A stretch of 63,203 bases of DNA, filler included, from Pelomyxa schiedti (lineage: Eukaryota; Protista; Evosea), in assembly GCA_020536535.1 (NCBI GenBank). It is 12 parts of 12 records of this genome, joined end to end, with 100 filler letters (N's around TTAATTAATTAA, not from the genome) between each part and the next. Parts side by side here need not be neighbours in the genome. Positions count along the whole stretch, not along the records: positions 30,024 to 53,822 come from JAHLWZ010000462.1; 11 more parts are not named here. One strand, given 5' to 3'. The translations under genes were made by a program, and so were the position numbers. The stretch's first letter is position 1. Each line of letters opens with the position of its first letter. This document shows, piece after piece, positions 38,769-52,154 of this stretch. The notes under the pieces are model-generated. The model saw only the letters and a list, made by a program, of their open reading frames with translations, was not told where the DNA came from and did no database searches.

Positions 38769-39590
38769 TTACCTGGAAGAAGAAAACCAAAACAGGCAAC
38801 TCCTCCGGACTGGACAATCAAGTTCCGGTATATCGGGAATATTTGTTGCGGGTATGGTGTACTCAAGAAGATAATACCAACCACAGGTCCTGGGTGTTTG
38901 GTGAGTCTTAAGAAACGGAGAGAGTAGAGCACTTTTTTTTTCCTGAAACGGCCAGGATAACACCATTGAAGATGGTGCAACTGAGAGGGTGGAAGGAGGA
39001 AGGCGGCTGTGCTGGCTGTATAATATAGATTGTTGAATGTAAAATGGTGTTTGCAGTGACATCTCCGCTAGTGTCGGATCACATATTTGAGTGATATCAA
39101 GTACTTGCTTCTGAGTGAGTTTTTTGCGTCCTCTGAGACCGCGGGAGAATAGGGAGACTGGATTTGAAACGATACGTTGGGTTCCGGGTATCCCATCGAT
39201 AACGAGGACGATTTGAGATTTCAAATGTACCCTTTAGCTTGTTAAAAGGAATAAACTCATAAAGCTCTCACCGACTCGAGGAACACTTGGGTTTAACGGA
39301 AAATTCTATAACATTGGCGCTCTTTGGCAAAGGAGCCATATTCATCTGCACTGTGGTTCCATTTTCGGGATTGCACTGAAGGCACAAAGCCTCTTCTGGA
39401 AATCCGGTTATTGACGAGGGAAAAAGATTTATTCTAACCTAGGGTTGGTCCTACTTTACACCACTTAGCTCTCTTCAGTGCCAACAGTGCCAGGGACATC
39501 CTGTAAATTTGTTACTTTGGTTTTTTACGCAAAAGTACTGAAAAGGAACACCTGTCCAAAGCGCAACCGCGCCACCAAGACTCATTTACA
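38769..39590 (-). CDS. Spliced hypothetical protein, possible DNA-binding domain
   Basis: LCLQC..FSVKPKCSSS|HLKSQIVLVID..VSNPVSLFSRGLRGRKK (basic tail). Family not recognised with certainty. Confidence 0.35.
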
Positions 39591-40108
39591 ATAACCAAGC
39601 GAACCTAAAACACATTTAACAACGAGAGAAGCTCACACTGTTCGGAACTAATTTGAAAAAAAAAGAAAAAAACCGCAAACTTGGTGTGACTTGTGCTTGA
39701 TGAGTACAGTATCGTCGATCTCCAACCTCATGCTCTCACACTCACAAGCACTGTTGCTGTCGAAGATCCGGCGCGGTGCCCCCACCTGCCGCTCTGTACA
39801 ACACGTTCCAATCATTTTTTTTCTTTTGTTACCTTCCCAACGTTTGATTTTGCTGTTGCACCAAAACCAGTATTTCCTTTGAAGAACAAAGATTCATCAT
39901 CAATCGCCAGGCGATGGTGAGATGCTACTGAGCTCCTTGTCAACCATCCACAGCATCTGATCAGCCAATTCACCTAACAGAACGGTCATTTCCATCTCTT
40001 GTAAGGTGTGTTGAAAGTTCACAGTAACGAAAAACTGTCGTTCCGATAACAGCCCTAAACGGCAACCAACAATAACAATTAACAAAATAAAAAAAAATAA
40101 AACTGACG

Positions 40109-43100
40109 ATGCGCGGCGACGAATACGCCCGGCGCGACACCCCCTCGTCGTCCTCGTCCGACGACTACGACGACGAGGGAACGACGCAGCCGCCTCCGGG
40201 GGTTGCTGCGGCGTCCGTGCAGCGCCCCAACAGATCCCGCCGAGCCTCCCGGCGCTACGACGACGCGTCCGGGGCACCGACGACGACGACTGCGACGACG
40301 GCGTCTACGTCGCCGAGCGGGGCGTCGTCGGCCAGCAGCAGCGGGGGCGACTACGACGCCTCGATGCTGCTCCTGGGCCTGCGGAACATACCCACAATTA
40401 CTACTACGGCAACGGCGGCGGCGGCTACTGGGGGCAGCGGGGCGGTGGCGGACGGCGATGTGTATGGCGGCGGTGGCGGTGGCGCCGGTGCTGAGGGAGG
40501 CGATTATCGGAGTGCTGCTGCGGAGGCCAATTGTGCGGCGCGGGGGGTGCACAAGGGGACCGGCAGGAATCACGGTCATAACCACTCCCATAATCGTAGC
40601 CATAGGCAGCAGGGTGAGAGGGAGGAGACCGGCAACGCGAGGCCCGGCGGCGGCGGCGGCTCGACTGGGAGCAGTAGCGGCACCGGCAGTAGCAGTGCGG
40701 GCGCCGGCGCCACGGGGGGGAATGATGGGATAGAGAAGGTGAGGACTTGCTACATCCAGGACCTGATGCACCAGTCCATTGCAGACCAAGAAGGACTGAG
40801 AGGGCACGTGAGAGGCAGAGGCACTGGGCACCAAGCGCAATCTTCTCCGCACCCAACGAGGCAGCACAGGTACCACCATCACCAGCAACAGCAGAAGCAA
40901 AGGACATGGCCAGCGCAAGAGGCCACTGAGGATGATAATGATCAATCAAATCGCGATGCGGAGATAGGACCGAGCCCTAAGAAGTTGTGCAATAACTCGA
41001 GGAGCCCCTCTCCCTCCCCATCTCCATCTCCCACGCCGAATGCAAGGACTCGTAGCACTGAAGCTGGTGATGGTTCCTCCTCGGACGGATATGACTCGCA
41101 GCCATCACCTTCTCAATCACCCTCTCTTTCTCCGTCTCTATCCCCGCGCCGTTCTGTATCCCCGGGACTGGCAGGGTTACTGGGAAATGGCGGCCTATCA
41201 CTCAGTTCTCTCTCTCTAGGAAGCTCTGCTCCTCTTACTTCTATTCCTATTACTAGCGGAAATTTGCCTCTACGCCGTTCTGGATCTCCTTCTCCATGTA
41301 GAAAGAAAGCCTCTCCTGGGCCGGGTGTACGCCGCTCTGCTTCGGCTCAGATGATAAGTAGTATCGTAGAGAGTGTTGGCGGTGGTACTGTTGGCGGGGG
41401 TAATGCAGCAACGACTAATTCGAGTGCTCTTCCACCGACAGTTGCCGCAGTTGCTGCAGCCTTAATTTCCCAGACACCACACACAGATAAGTTCACTATT
41501 CAAAACCAATTACTGCAACAGCACTTTATGCAATATGCGGCACAGCAACAGTCACAGCAACCGCAACCTCAGGCCCAACCTACACCGTTGCAACAACAAA
41601 TACTAGAACTTATCCTTCAGGAAAGTAACGCTAACATGAATTCCTCCCAAAAACAAATTCAACAGCTTCAGCTCCAACAACTTCTGCAGCAACCAAGTGA
41701 CTTAGCAAGCGCGACAATGGGAGCATTGTTCCCGTGTCACTCTGCCCCTTCTTTAAGTCCTATGCCTCTATCCTCTGTCTCTAAAGCTGAGAACTCACAC
41801 ACCCCCAATCCCAGCTGCGGCGGGCAAACATCTCCCTCCAAAGATCCGCCAAGTTCCGGCATCTCATCCACAAGCTCCCTCCCTAACCAACCCGTAACTC
41901 CCTCGGCACCAGGCGCTCTGTTTTCCTCGCGGTCCGCCCCAGCCCTCGGAATCTCTCCCTCTTCACCTATTTCTTCAGGTCTCATCTCCCACCTTATTGG
42001 AATTACCCAATCCGCAAGCGGAAGTGGGAACTCCACTCCAGCAAGCGCTGTTGCTGCTGCAACGGCCGCATTTTTGAGTAATCAGACCCTTGGCCCAAAG
42101 TGGCCAACATGTCCTTCTGTGTTTTCCCCACCTCCAACATCTAGTCCTCCTACCTCTGCTTCCAATGCCAGTTCTAACTCTCCAACTCGCATCAATGTCA
42201 TGCTACCTTCTTCGCAGCAGCCTTCCCTCCTTCTCCCACACTCGTCTCCCAATTCACATGGATCTCCTCACTCAACAGGTTCCCCTCACTCCCCAGGTAG
42301 TTCTCCTCTTGTATCTGCACATTCACCATCACAAAGCTCCTCGGATGCCAATGATCCGTCATATAGTCATCACACACTCTCCCCCATTGACTCTGTGGAA
42401 ACAGCAAGTGACTCAGTTGAGGATGCTCCTGCGCATCCCCTTACACAATCAGAGCAGTCTATAACTATCAAGTGCAGTCATGGACTTGAAAGTGTAACGA
42501 TCACCGTACCTCATGTTACTCCACAGACGACTGTTGGGGAATTTATGTACATAGCACAAGCACTACTACAAGAAAATGTGAGAATGCTGAAACCGGATAT
42601 CACTATGTTCATCCCACTAACGGACAGTGAGTCAGTAAAGCTTGGCGATCCAATTCTTCAGTTTTTAGGGTTTCTTCTGTCACCTCCCGTTTGATACAGC
42701 TAATACACAAACAGGGAAGATACATTCTTTGAATTGCTTACTCAAGATGAAATGGAGAAAGATTCCTCTCTTTCACCCAGAATAGCTGCCACACAACCTC
42801 ATCCGTCTTCTGATTCAGTTCCTCTCCCGACTCTCAATTCTCCATCTCAACCCATCGCAAACGAACCTGAACCCAAACCCTCACCCCCTCCTCCCCCTTC
42901 CACTGTTCCCGTTAGTGCTTCTACAGTCGTTACTTCCGATCCCGCAGTACCTGCTGCCAAGCCCTCAGCAGCACCGGCACCTACACGTTCCCCAACTAAA
43001 TCAACCCCAGTCACACTCACAGTCAGCAATGGTACTTCCCAACCAAGAGGACGCAAGAAAGCTGCCCGACAACCCTTCATGTTTGAGTACACTATGCTCG

Positions 43101-43407
43101 AAATGGCAGACGGTGGACGCAGAGTTGCACCCAATACAAGCTGCCACAGATGCAAGACAAGGAAACCACAGGTATTGCCCCGGTTATGAATATACAATAG
43201 CCAACCTTTCTTCACAGTGCCTTGTCTGCCCGCAGAATGATAAACACAAAGTACAATTTCCCTCCTCCCTCACCCTTTTTTGCTTAATTTTACTAGTTTT
43301 GCCTGGTTTGCCTAGAGAGACATCACAATACCGTTACAATTCCGGCGACTGGTTGCCCTTTATGCACACAATCATGCACATGTGCTATGTGCAGAAAGAA
43401 GTACTAA
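40109..43407 (+). CDS. Large disordered protein with C-terminal zf-4CXXC_R1 (CDCA7/JMJ-type) zinc finger
   Basis: SCHRCKTRK|CLVC..|FCLVCL..GCPLCTQSCTCAMCRKKY* across short introns. 861-aa S/Q/P-rich first ORF. Confidence 0.8.
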
Positions 43408-43505
43408 ACCGCATTATAAGTAGTGAACAAACTGTAACAGTATTCCAGTAGTTCAAAAACAAAATTTTTGCTATACTATAAGTGTTTGTGTATACATTCC
43501 AAAAA

Positions 43506-46500
43506 TCATAGTGCCTGTGAGAGCCTTGCTTTTAATGCAGCAATAACTCTTTCATGGCATGGGGGACATAAGTATTTATCCTTCAGCTTAATAAATAGCT
43601 GGTTGTCAAAAGGTAACTGTGTTGGAAATTAGAATTCTTCCACCACAAACGGTGTAATAATACCTTGCATAAATTACAACAAAAACATTGTAAGTGCCAA
43701 TTCTTCTGGTCTGCTGTTTTTCCGGGGGCAGAGCCGGAAATAGGCAGACCGCAGGCGTGGCACATCAATGTAGCTACTTCTTTTCTCGAATTGATAAAGC
43801 AGGATTCACAATAGAACCGGCCGTTTCGCTGCAAATGCGAAATTAGTTATCTCCCAGATAATAGACAAGGAGAAAAACCATGCCAAATCGTCCTGATATA
43901 ACGTTGCAGCAAGTAGCACAGGTCAAGCACTCGTTATGAACCCGTTTATTCAAGCCCGGTACCTGTGAATTTGTTAGTTGGTGATGAAGACCCGGAACTG
44001 AATTTTAAAACAACAGGAAATTACCAGCTTGAACGGTGTGGTGGAATTGATCATCTTAGTGCAAATAAAGCAGGTTTCATCACCCCCAAAACCTTGGTGG
44101 GTATAAGAAATAAATTCTTGCACAGGAAGCATACCGCCGGAACTGGAAAGTGCTGATTGATGCCGTAATTCCTGCCTCATTTGCTGGAACTCTTTCTGGG
44201 CAGCCTGAAAGGAGTTTTCTTCAGACCTTTGTTGTCTCAACCTTTCTTCTTGCACTCGTAGTTCATTTCCCTCCCGCAGTTTTTGCTCTGATAACTTTTG
44301 TTGTGCCTCCCGTTCATTTGCTCTGCTGCTTCTAGTAGGTTCCCCAGAGGTGTCAGCACTGGACACGATTTTTTGGTATTGCCGGTTCCTTTCCTGTTGG
44401 AGTTTCCTTAAGTTCAAGTACTCCTGCATTGCCAGTTGTGCAGAACTGCCGGTTGGGGATTGAGTTGATGGGGTTTGTCTCCGCAAGGACTGTTGTTGAA
44501 GCATTCTAGCTTCTTTCATCTTTTGGTATTCTTGTAGAGCTTGTTGGTACTGTTGATCCTGGGTCAGGGCTTGAGGTTCAACACAGATATTTGTTTCATT
44601 CCGCGCTGTGGGTGAGCTGGCTGGTGTTGGTTGTGGTGGTGGCTGTTCAAGAGGTGCCTTTGGGTGGATAGAAGGGGGAGGGCGAGCCGGTTCAGGTACG
44701 AAAGAGATAGACTTCAACTGATCTGGGGGAAGTCTCTTTGTGGGAGGAGGTGCTTGAAGATCGGGCTCCGACATTGTGAATACCATTATTGGGGACAACA
44801 GGGGACGGGAAATGAGAAGGATCTTTGGTGGATTTTCTGGAGTCATTTCTGGAAGAATGGGACACTTAACAGCCGGTCTGGCTCTTGATAGTGGTGGCAG
44901 TGGAGGTTGTGGAAATGAAAAAGCGGAGTGAGGAGATGCATGGAGGCCTGAATTGTAAGCGGATTCCAATTTGAGGAAAGGAGGAAGTGCGGAAAGAGAA
45001 GGCCTTGGACGCGAACTTGAGGTAGGTTGGGGTGGCGTGGGACTGGATGCAAGTTCTCTGAGAAGGTGCGGTCTGGAAACATGTAGTTTCTTGTGAGAAG
45101 TAAGCAGTCCTGAATCACTTGGTGCCAAGGGATCGATGTCATGTGTAGGGGGAATTGGAACTGTAACACTAGGGCGAGCCATGGTAAACAACACACTGAA
45201 GCGATTGCTACGAGACAAAGGTCCCCTGCTTCCGGTAGAAGGAGCAGGTTTTATTGGAGTTTTTCGGGGAACAAGATGATCAACAAGTTCGCATGTGCAA
45301 CCTTCCTCATCCCTTGAGAATGTAAGCAAAGGAATTCTGTGGAATATTCCATACCCATAAACACAGGAGCACACTGGCTTAAGAGCCACTTCTTCTAACA
45401 TGCAGCGTGGTTGAATCAAGATAGCTGTGAGACGCGGCACCGAGTGAAGGGATACCGTAGGCAGTGGCAGGATTGCTTCAAATGCCGGTAATCGTGGAGT
45501 TGAAACAAAAGGCCGCCTTCGTGAATTGCAGCTCAGAGTTACTGTAGGTCGTTGAATATATTGCCATTTAGGGGCAAAGGGGGGCCTTGGGCGGGGTCGA
45601 TTGTGGAGGGACTCAGAGCTTAGCCCTTTGAGGAATAAGAAAAGAAAAGTAAGCTCCTGAAGTACTTGAGGTAATTTCGAAGGTGGCTTCTTTTCCACTC
45701 TCTGGAAAGTGTGCTTTGCAATAAAGACACATTTCATCACCGTTGAATTTAAAGTCCTGCCGAGAGTGAACGGGAGAGCTTCACGGGCAAAAAAGAAATA
45801 CTGTTTTAGAAAGTAGCTCCTGTGGTGCAGTGGGTGGGCATATCCGGCATTGAAAGCAACACTGGTGCCAAAATAGCTTTCCAATTAGACCTGTTACTCT
45901 CCTTACAATATAACTGGAATCGTCGATTCTCTGGTCGCAAGCCATGCAACTGGGTGCAATATCTTCAGATGCCTGATGGAGTTATTTGAAGAAAAAAAAA
46001 AACAATTAATGGAATACCATTGACTCACTCAAAGAGAGGAGTGACAAATTGAACATCTATTTCAAATAAGAAGGAAAAGGAATAGGGTAAAAGCAACCTC
46101 GCAGGCAGAACAGCAAGGATAGGTTGTTGTATAATTATCTGAGAACATGGGTGTATCGCAATGGATGCAGGTTATGCACGCAGTATGCCTTGTTGAAGTG
46201 TAAAAAAAAGAGAATGAGTGAAACGACATACCAAATTGAACCCTTTACAATGCAAACATTAGAATCACCAGGGAGCAGTTCGTTTTGACATTTACCGCAA
46301 ACCTTTTGCTGTTCAGCAACAGGAGCGGAATATGAACCACTGTTTGAGGTTGTTTGGAGTGCTGGAACTTCGATTGGAGGGAGTGGTGTTTGAGGTGGGC
46401 ATGGTTCTATCGATGGGGAAGATGCTGATACGACCGATTGGGAATGCGAGGGCAATGGTTGTTCCTTCTGGAGAGTTTTATAAGCTGGGGAGACAATAAA

Positions 46501-48017
46501 ATGTGGGAAAGAGTCTTCAGGAAAAAAAAAGAGTTGGTGGACGAATAAAATGTTGGGACCAAAACCTGACTCCATCATCTTCTTCATCTCCTCCTGAGCT
46601 GTGTCATATATATCTACTGGATATTCCCCTTTTGTTTAAAAAAAGAAAATAAGCAACAACTGAAACTGTATCTCTGCTACAAACTGGCAGCGATGTGAGT
46701 ATTGATGGAATTAAAAATAGTCCCGGGTAGGTTCACTTGAGTCATAGAATCGTCACTTATGAAATGGGTGTGAACATCCAGCACCATTTCAGCCCAAACT
46801 TGGAAGCCACCTGTTTATCTCTTAGTAGTTTTAGCAAAGATGACATTGTATGTAACTAGAGTCATTTGAATTCCCCAGGAGCAATGATGCATTTGCCTTC
46901 AATAAATCCACAGCTTCATAGAAGTCTAAAACTTCCCCACAGTGTCTTTTTTGAAGGAATATGTAAAAAGCATCTTTATAAGATTGATTTGCAAGAACCT
47001 AAAAGATACAAGTTACAACTGGGGGAAAAAAAGAAAACGAGTTACTTGAGTCAGAGTGGCATGTTGAGGTGTCTGCACGACACTTTGAGATGGAGAGGGG
47101 TTTTCAGCTGAAGGGGTTGGTGCAGAGCTTGCGGAAATGGCATGCGTTGCACGAGCAGTACCGAGGGATAGAACTGCGGACTTATTCACATTGACCACTG
47201 CAGTCGATACAGCCGCCGGAGTGCTTGTCGACTGAGGCGGAGTTACAGAAGCCGGGACAGGATTGACTTGAGGTGGTACAGCTTCAGGAAGCCTCGTCGA
47301 CTGATGTGGTACAACAGCAGGAGGGGGTGGAGGAGGAACATCAGGGTGGAGTATCATAGGGGGTGGGTTCAGTTGTGGAGGTGGGGTCATATTAGGAGGT
47401 GGGCTACAAGGTGGCGTGGTACTAGGTACATTAGTACTACTACTACCACAACTACTACTATTGCTACTTGTATCCCCAGTCCCACCACTAGTACTTGGTT
47501 TATTAGTTGCCAGGTTCCTCATGGTACCAATGGAGGCGGTTCTCATCCCAATGGGATGCGCCGGCCTGTGCGTGACAGGGACCACCCCCCCCGTCGTCGG
47601 CGGCGTCGGCGCCAGCGTGGGCGACATGGGAGAGGGCGAGGGCGAGGGGCAGGGAGCAGGGAGGGTGGGGGACGGGGAAGGGGAAGGGGTCGCGGCCCGG
47701 GGCGCGGGAGTCGTGGCGGCGGTGGCGGCGGCGGTGGGGGTGGTGGGGGCGCCCGGGGGTGGGGGCGCACCACCGAGGGAGTCGAGGGAGGACAGCAAGT
47801 CGTCGATGGTGTGGATGGCCAGCACCGCAGCCGCCGACGGGGGCTTGCTGTTGGCGTTGGTGTTGGTCGCGGCGCCGCCCCATCCCGAGGCCGACACGGA
47901 CCCCGACCCCGACCAGGGGGATGGGGGAGGGGGGACGAAGGTGTTTTGTTGGATCAGCGACCTGGACGTTGCGAGCAGCTGGCGCCTGCCCCACGTCTGT
48001 GTCTGTGTGTTGCTCAT
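43506..48017 (-). CDS. Paxillin-like LD-motif/LIM-domain protein (possibly two genes)
   Basis: N-terminal IDDLLSSL LD motif and Pro-rich region. LIM units CGKC..WHTACITCIHC, CFIC..VHNECLTCATC, YCESC and CHAC..WHLQCFCCNLC..LCPPCH. Confidence 0.75.
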
Positions 48018-48343
48018 AATTGGTGGGGGGGGTGGCCTTGTCGCTATTGGTTACTGTGATGGGTGGTTTTCGGCTTTCGCCTTTTCTCTCGGTGCGAATG
48101 AACGAAAGGAGAAGTTCCTTTCTTTGGTCTTTCGTTCATGGAAAAAGGTGCAGTGTACCAAACGCAACCTGAGTCTCGCCACAGGAACAACGACGGGAAT
48201 AACATGATCGCATCATACTGTCAACATTGAAGAAAGATTGGGTTTTTTTGGGTAACACAAAATCCGACTTGAAGCATTGTTACCACAAACGGACTTGTCG
48301 TATGAAAACGAAGTTACTTGAAAACGTCTTGACTTAAATACTG

Positions 48344-49338
48344 TCAGAAGAACGACGGGTGCAATGACATAGTGAAATTGAGGGCGAAACCAGGACTGTG
48401 ACACAGCACAGCACCAGTGGCCACGTCGTACAGATCGTATCCATTATTCCACGTCATGATGAAGCCATTCCCTGATGTGGTCCATTGGCAGCCCTTTGGT
48501 GACAGAGGAATGAGGCAACATGGCCGGGTGAGGTCGCTGGTGCTGAACACTGACAGCTGCGTGTTGGTGCTGTTGACCACTGCGAAGTGTGTGTCATCAA
48601 CCTTTTGGAGCGGTGAGGTCCACTGGTTTGGTACCTCAGTCTTTGATGTGAACTTGTTGTCAATTCGCACAAACGAGAAGCGGCCGTTTTGGCTTTGAAC
48701 AGGCAGAAGGAACCCTCCAGTTTCGCCAGAGCCATACTTGAGAATCCCGCTCTGAAGCCTCGGAATCTTGATGCTGCCGGTTGGTTGTTGCGTCCTTCCT
48801 GAGACAAATCTCGATGCGTACACTGGTTCAAGATCAAGGTGCATCAGGGACATCACTGCTGCTGATGGGTCCTCCAGTGTGGGCAGCGTCCCGTAGGTAG
48901 AAAGCTCATCAAGGCTTGGGATTGAGTCCATCATTTTCGTGAATTCTACCCACAGGAACTTCCTCACAGATAAATTGAGCAAGCCGCCTTCGTGCAGTCC
49001 ACATGGCCAAATAACAAGCTCCCCGCGATCTTCAATATGACCCTGGTTTCTGCAGTACAACACAGCCCACTTCTCATTGCTGATAAACCCATCAAACGGC
49101 GCATCTGAGTTGACCAGAAGGGCCACCCTCGTTGCAGGATCCAGCACGTAAAACTCACCACTTGTTGCTCTGATCACAGCAGTGTTTCCAGCCATTCCAA
49201 AAACAGTCATGCCCTCTGGTACCGTATGTTGGGAAACCTTCGTTCCAGAAAACTTTCGTTGCCCAAAACTTTCGTTGTCAAAAACTTTTGTTGCCGAAAA
49301 TGATTCGTGGCCAAAATGATCGTACCCTTCGAAGGCCG
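48344..49338 (-). CDS. RCGxxSP-family protein, member 4 (5' end lost in gap)
   Basis: Beta-rich ORF with SNEKWAV and VFSTSDLTRPCC. Close paralog of 49439-50448. Confidence 0.7.
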
Positions 49339-49438
49339 NNNNNNNNNNNNNNNNNNNNNNNNNNNNNNNNNNNNNNNNNNNNNNNNNNNNNNNNNNNNNN
49401 NNNNNNNNNNNNNNNNNNNNNNNNNNNNNNNNNNNNNN

Positions 49439-50448
49439 TGAGGCAACATGGCCGGGTGAGGTCGCTGGTGCTGAACACTGACAGCTGCGTGTTGGTGCTG
49501 TTGACCACTGCGAAGTGTGTGTCATCAACCTTTTGGAGCGGTGAGGTCCACTGGTTTGGCACCTCAGTCTTTGTTGTGAACTTGTTGTCAATTCGCACAA
49601 ACGAGAAGCGTCCGTTTTGGCTTTGAACAGGCAGAAGGAACCCTCCAGTTTCGCCAGAGCCATACTTGAGAATCCCGCTCTGAAGCCTCGGCATCCTGAT
49701 GCTGCCGGTTGGTTGCCGCATCTTTCCAGAGGCAAACCTTGCTGAGTACACTGGTTCCAGATCAATGTGCATCAGGCAGAGCACTGCTTCGGATGGGTTC
49801 TCCAGTGTGGGCAGCGTCCCGTAGGTAGAAAGCTCATCAAGGCTTGGGATTGAGTCCCTCATTGTCGTGAATTCTACCCACAGGAACTTCCTCACAGAGA
49901 TCTGGTAAATTGAGCAAGCCGCCGTCTTGCAGTCCACATGGCCAAATAACAAGCTCCCCACGGTCATCAAGATGCCCCTGGTTTCTGCAATAGAGGATCG
50001 CCCACTTCTCATTGCTGATAAACCCATCAAACTGCACAGCCGAGTTGACCAGAAGACCAACCTTCGTTGCAGAATCCAGCACGTAAAACTCACCACTTGT
50101 TGCTCTGATCACAGCAGTGTTTCCAGCCATTCCAAAAACAGTCATTCCCGCTGGTATATGACACTGAAGCCTGAATGACAATGAACCACCAGTGTAAGAT
50201 CGCACAGTCCGAGTCACGTGAGCACCTCCCCCGGCGTTGTTCTGGATGACCCATAATGCCGCCTTCTCCTTGGCCATCACCCAGCGCTTCCCGACCCAAC
50301 GGACAATGAGATACAGCGGGAGAATACGAACAGGGCTGTCTACGCCGCAGCGAGGGTGCACGCCAAGTGCCAACGCAATGAACTGTGTGTCCCCATCAAT
50401 GGTGTAAGTCTTGGATTGATCTCGACCCGTGTGTGATCCCTTGGGCAT
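49439..50448 (-). pseudogene. RCGxxSP-family member 5, frameshifted near 49900
   Basis: TQFIALALGVHPRCGVDSPVRILP..W. Seven extra nt (CCAGATC) relative to member 4 shift the frame. Confidence 0.7.
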
Positions 50449-51034
50449 GGGTTTGTTCTTTTTTGTGTTTTGTTTTAACTTTGCAACAAAAAAAAAAAAA
50501 GGACTACGAAATTGTTGGGGGAAATACTGCCGTTTTGGCATTTACCTGTGGTTTTTGCTTCTCGTTCTTTCTCGCCCCTCCGCGCTGCATTGATGTTGTG
50601 GGTAATAAAAATGAAGCAAAAGTAAAAGGAACAGGTAAGTTCAACGTTTTTAAATGCCGCTGCCCAGTCCCATCACATCATGACTATTCGGTGCGGGGGA
50701 AGCGCCCATTTTTGCCGTTGATCACACCAACATCAACCCTTGCGAAAACATGTTTCGCCAGACCCATACTTGATAATCCGAAGCCTCAGCACCTCGTATG
50801 CTGTCTGCTGTCTGTTACGTAGTTCCAGTGATCCCAAGGTAGAAAAGGCATGGCACAGCTTCCTCTTGTGGGCATTGTGGAGTTCCAAAGATGAAGTATT
50901 CCGGACTTCTTTTTCTGACAACTATGTTGGTTCCTGCAGGCACACACCACAATGTTGAAACACTGTCTGCCACTGGTTTTGTGGTATTTACTTCTGCTTT
51001 TTGTTCCCATAAGGAACGAAATAAGCTCTCGCAT

Positions 51035-51348
51035 TTAGTTAATGGTGTGTGTGGTGGTGTGGGTGTGCCTCACAGGGACATTGGCATGGACATAGACATA
51101 CTTTGCTGTGGCTGTTCCGGTGTTTTGCACCATGTGGGGTGTGCTGTGTGGTATGTAGATGGAATGGTACTGTGAAAGCGTGTGCTGCTCAAAATGAGAA
51201 CCCCGGTCTATCATTACTTGTATGGTTCCTTCTATGCAATTGACCATTTCTGAACTGTGATCAGTGGAGTGCAGGTCCATAATGCCTCCCGGTTCCAGAA
51301 CAACTAACCCGGCTCCCATCCCTGTGTGGAATCTTTGTGAGTACATTG
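51035..51348 (-). CDS. Cupin_2-like domain
   Basis: VVLEPGGIMDLHSTDH..EM...EG..IYIPHSTPHMVQNTG gives cupin motifs 1 and 2. Confidence 0.75.
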
Positions 51349-51399
51349 CGATTGATAGTTGTTCGGTATTGCGGTGTTGGTGAGTGGGAGAATTCTGGA

Positions 51400-52078
51400 A
51401 TTGAATTAGAAATACCGTCGCCATACAAACTGCCCTGCTCCAAGTCCCCTTCTATCGGGATATTTTTCCAGCTTTCGCATACAGCCTTTTCCGCGGACAG
51501 AGTCACAGCGGATGCATACAGGCGAAGTGTATAAGGGTCGGCGGCATCGAATAAAGCCTCAACAACGGCAGTGGCAGCCGTGCAGTCCACAGGGAATGTA
51601 AACATGTCACTCTCACCACGAACGTGCAACGTGGTGCCCACGGGCTCCTCTCCATCAGCCTCACCCAGTTCAATAGCTACAAACAAAAACACATTCAACC
51701 ACGTTAGAGCAAATACTTTGTATTTGAAAAAAAAAAAAATTAAAAAAAAAAATACAATCGCAAAGTAGCCGGCCCTCCCTCACAACAAAACGCATTGCGA
51801 CACACAAAAACTGCGTGGCAGGCAGACAAAGGGGAGCACATACTTGAGAAGGTGTCGAGGTTGGTCAGGGCCGCCACGCGCCCCTTCACGTAAACTCGCT
51901 GTCCCGCGTATGACGACGGGTCGCCAACAAGGTCGCCGACGGTGACCCCAACTTGGGTGGTGTTGTAAGTCCCAGACGTTCCGAGAACGCACGGCGACGA
52001 TGAAGACGAAGGAGGTGACCAGCAGGCAACGGACGCCACACAGCACAACCAAACGAACAAAATCACAGTCGGAGCCAT
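51400..52078 (-). CDS. Secreted Cys-rich protein (signal peptide, OB-fold-like start), possibly spliced to the cupin
   Basis: Hydrophobic N-terminus; VGDLVGDPSSYAGQRVYVKGRV; intron about 51679-51757. Confidence 0.5.
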
Positions 52079-52154
52079 CAACAAGTATTCCGTGAAATCA
52101 ATTTCTCTCGGTTACTGACTATCTGGAGTATCATGCAACACACGGTACTTTTTA

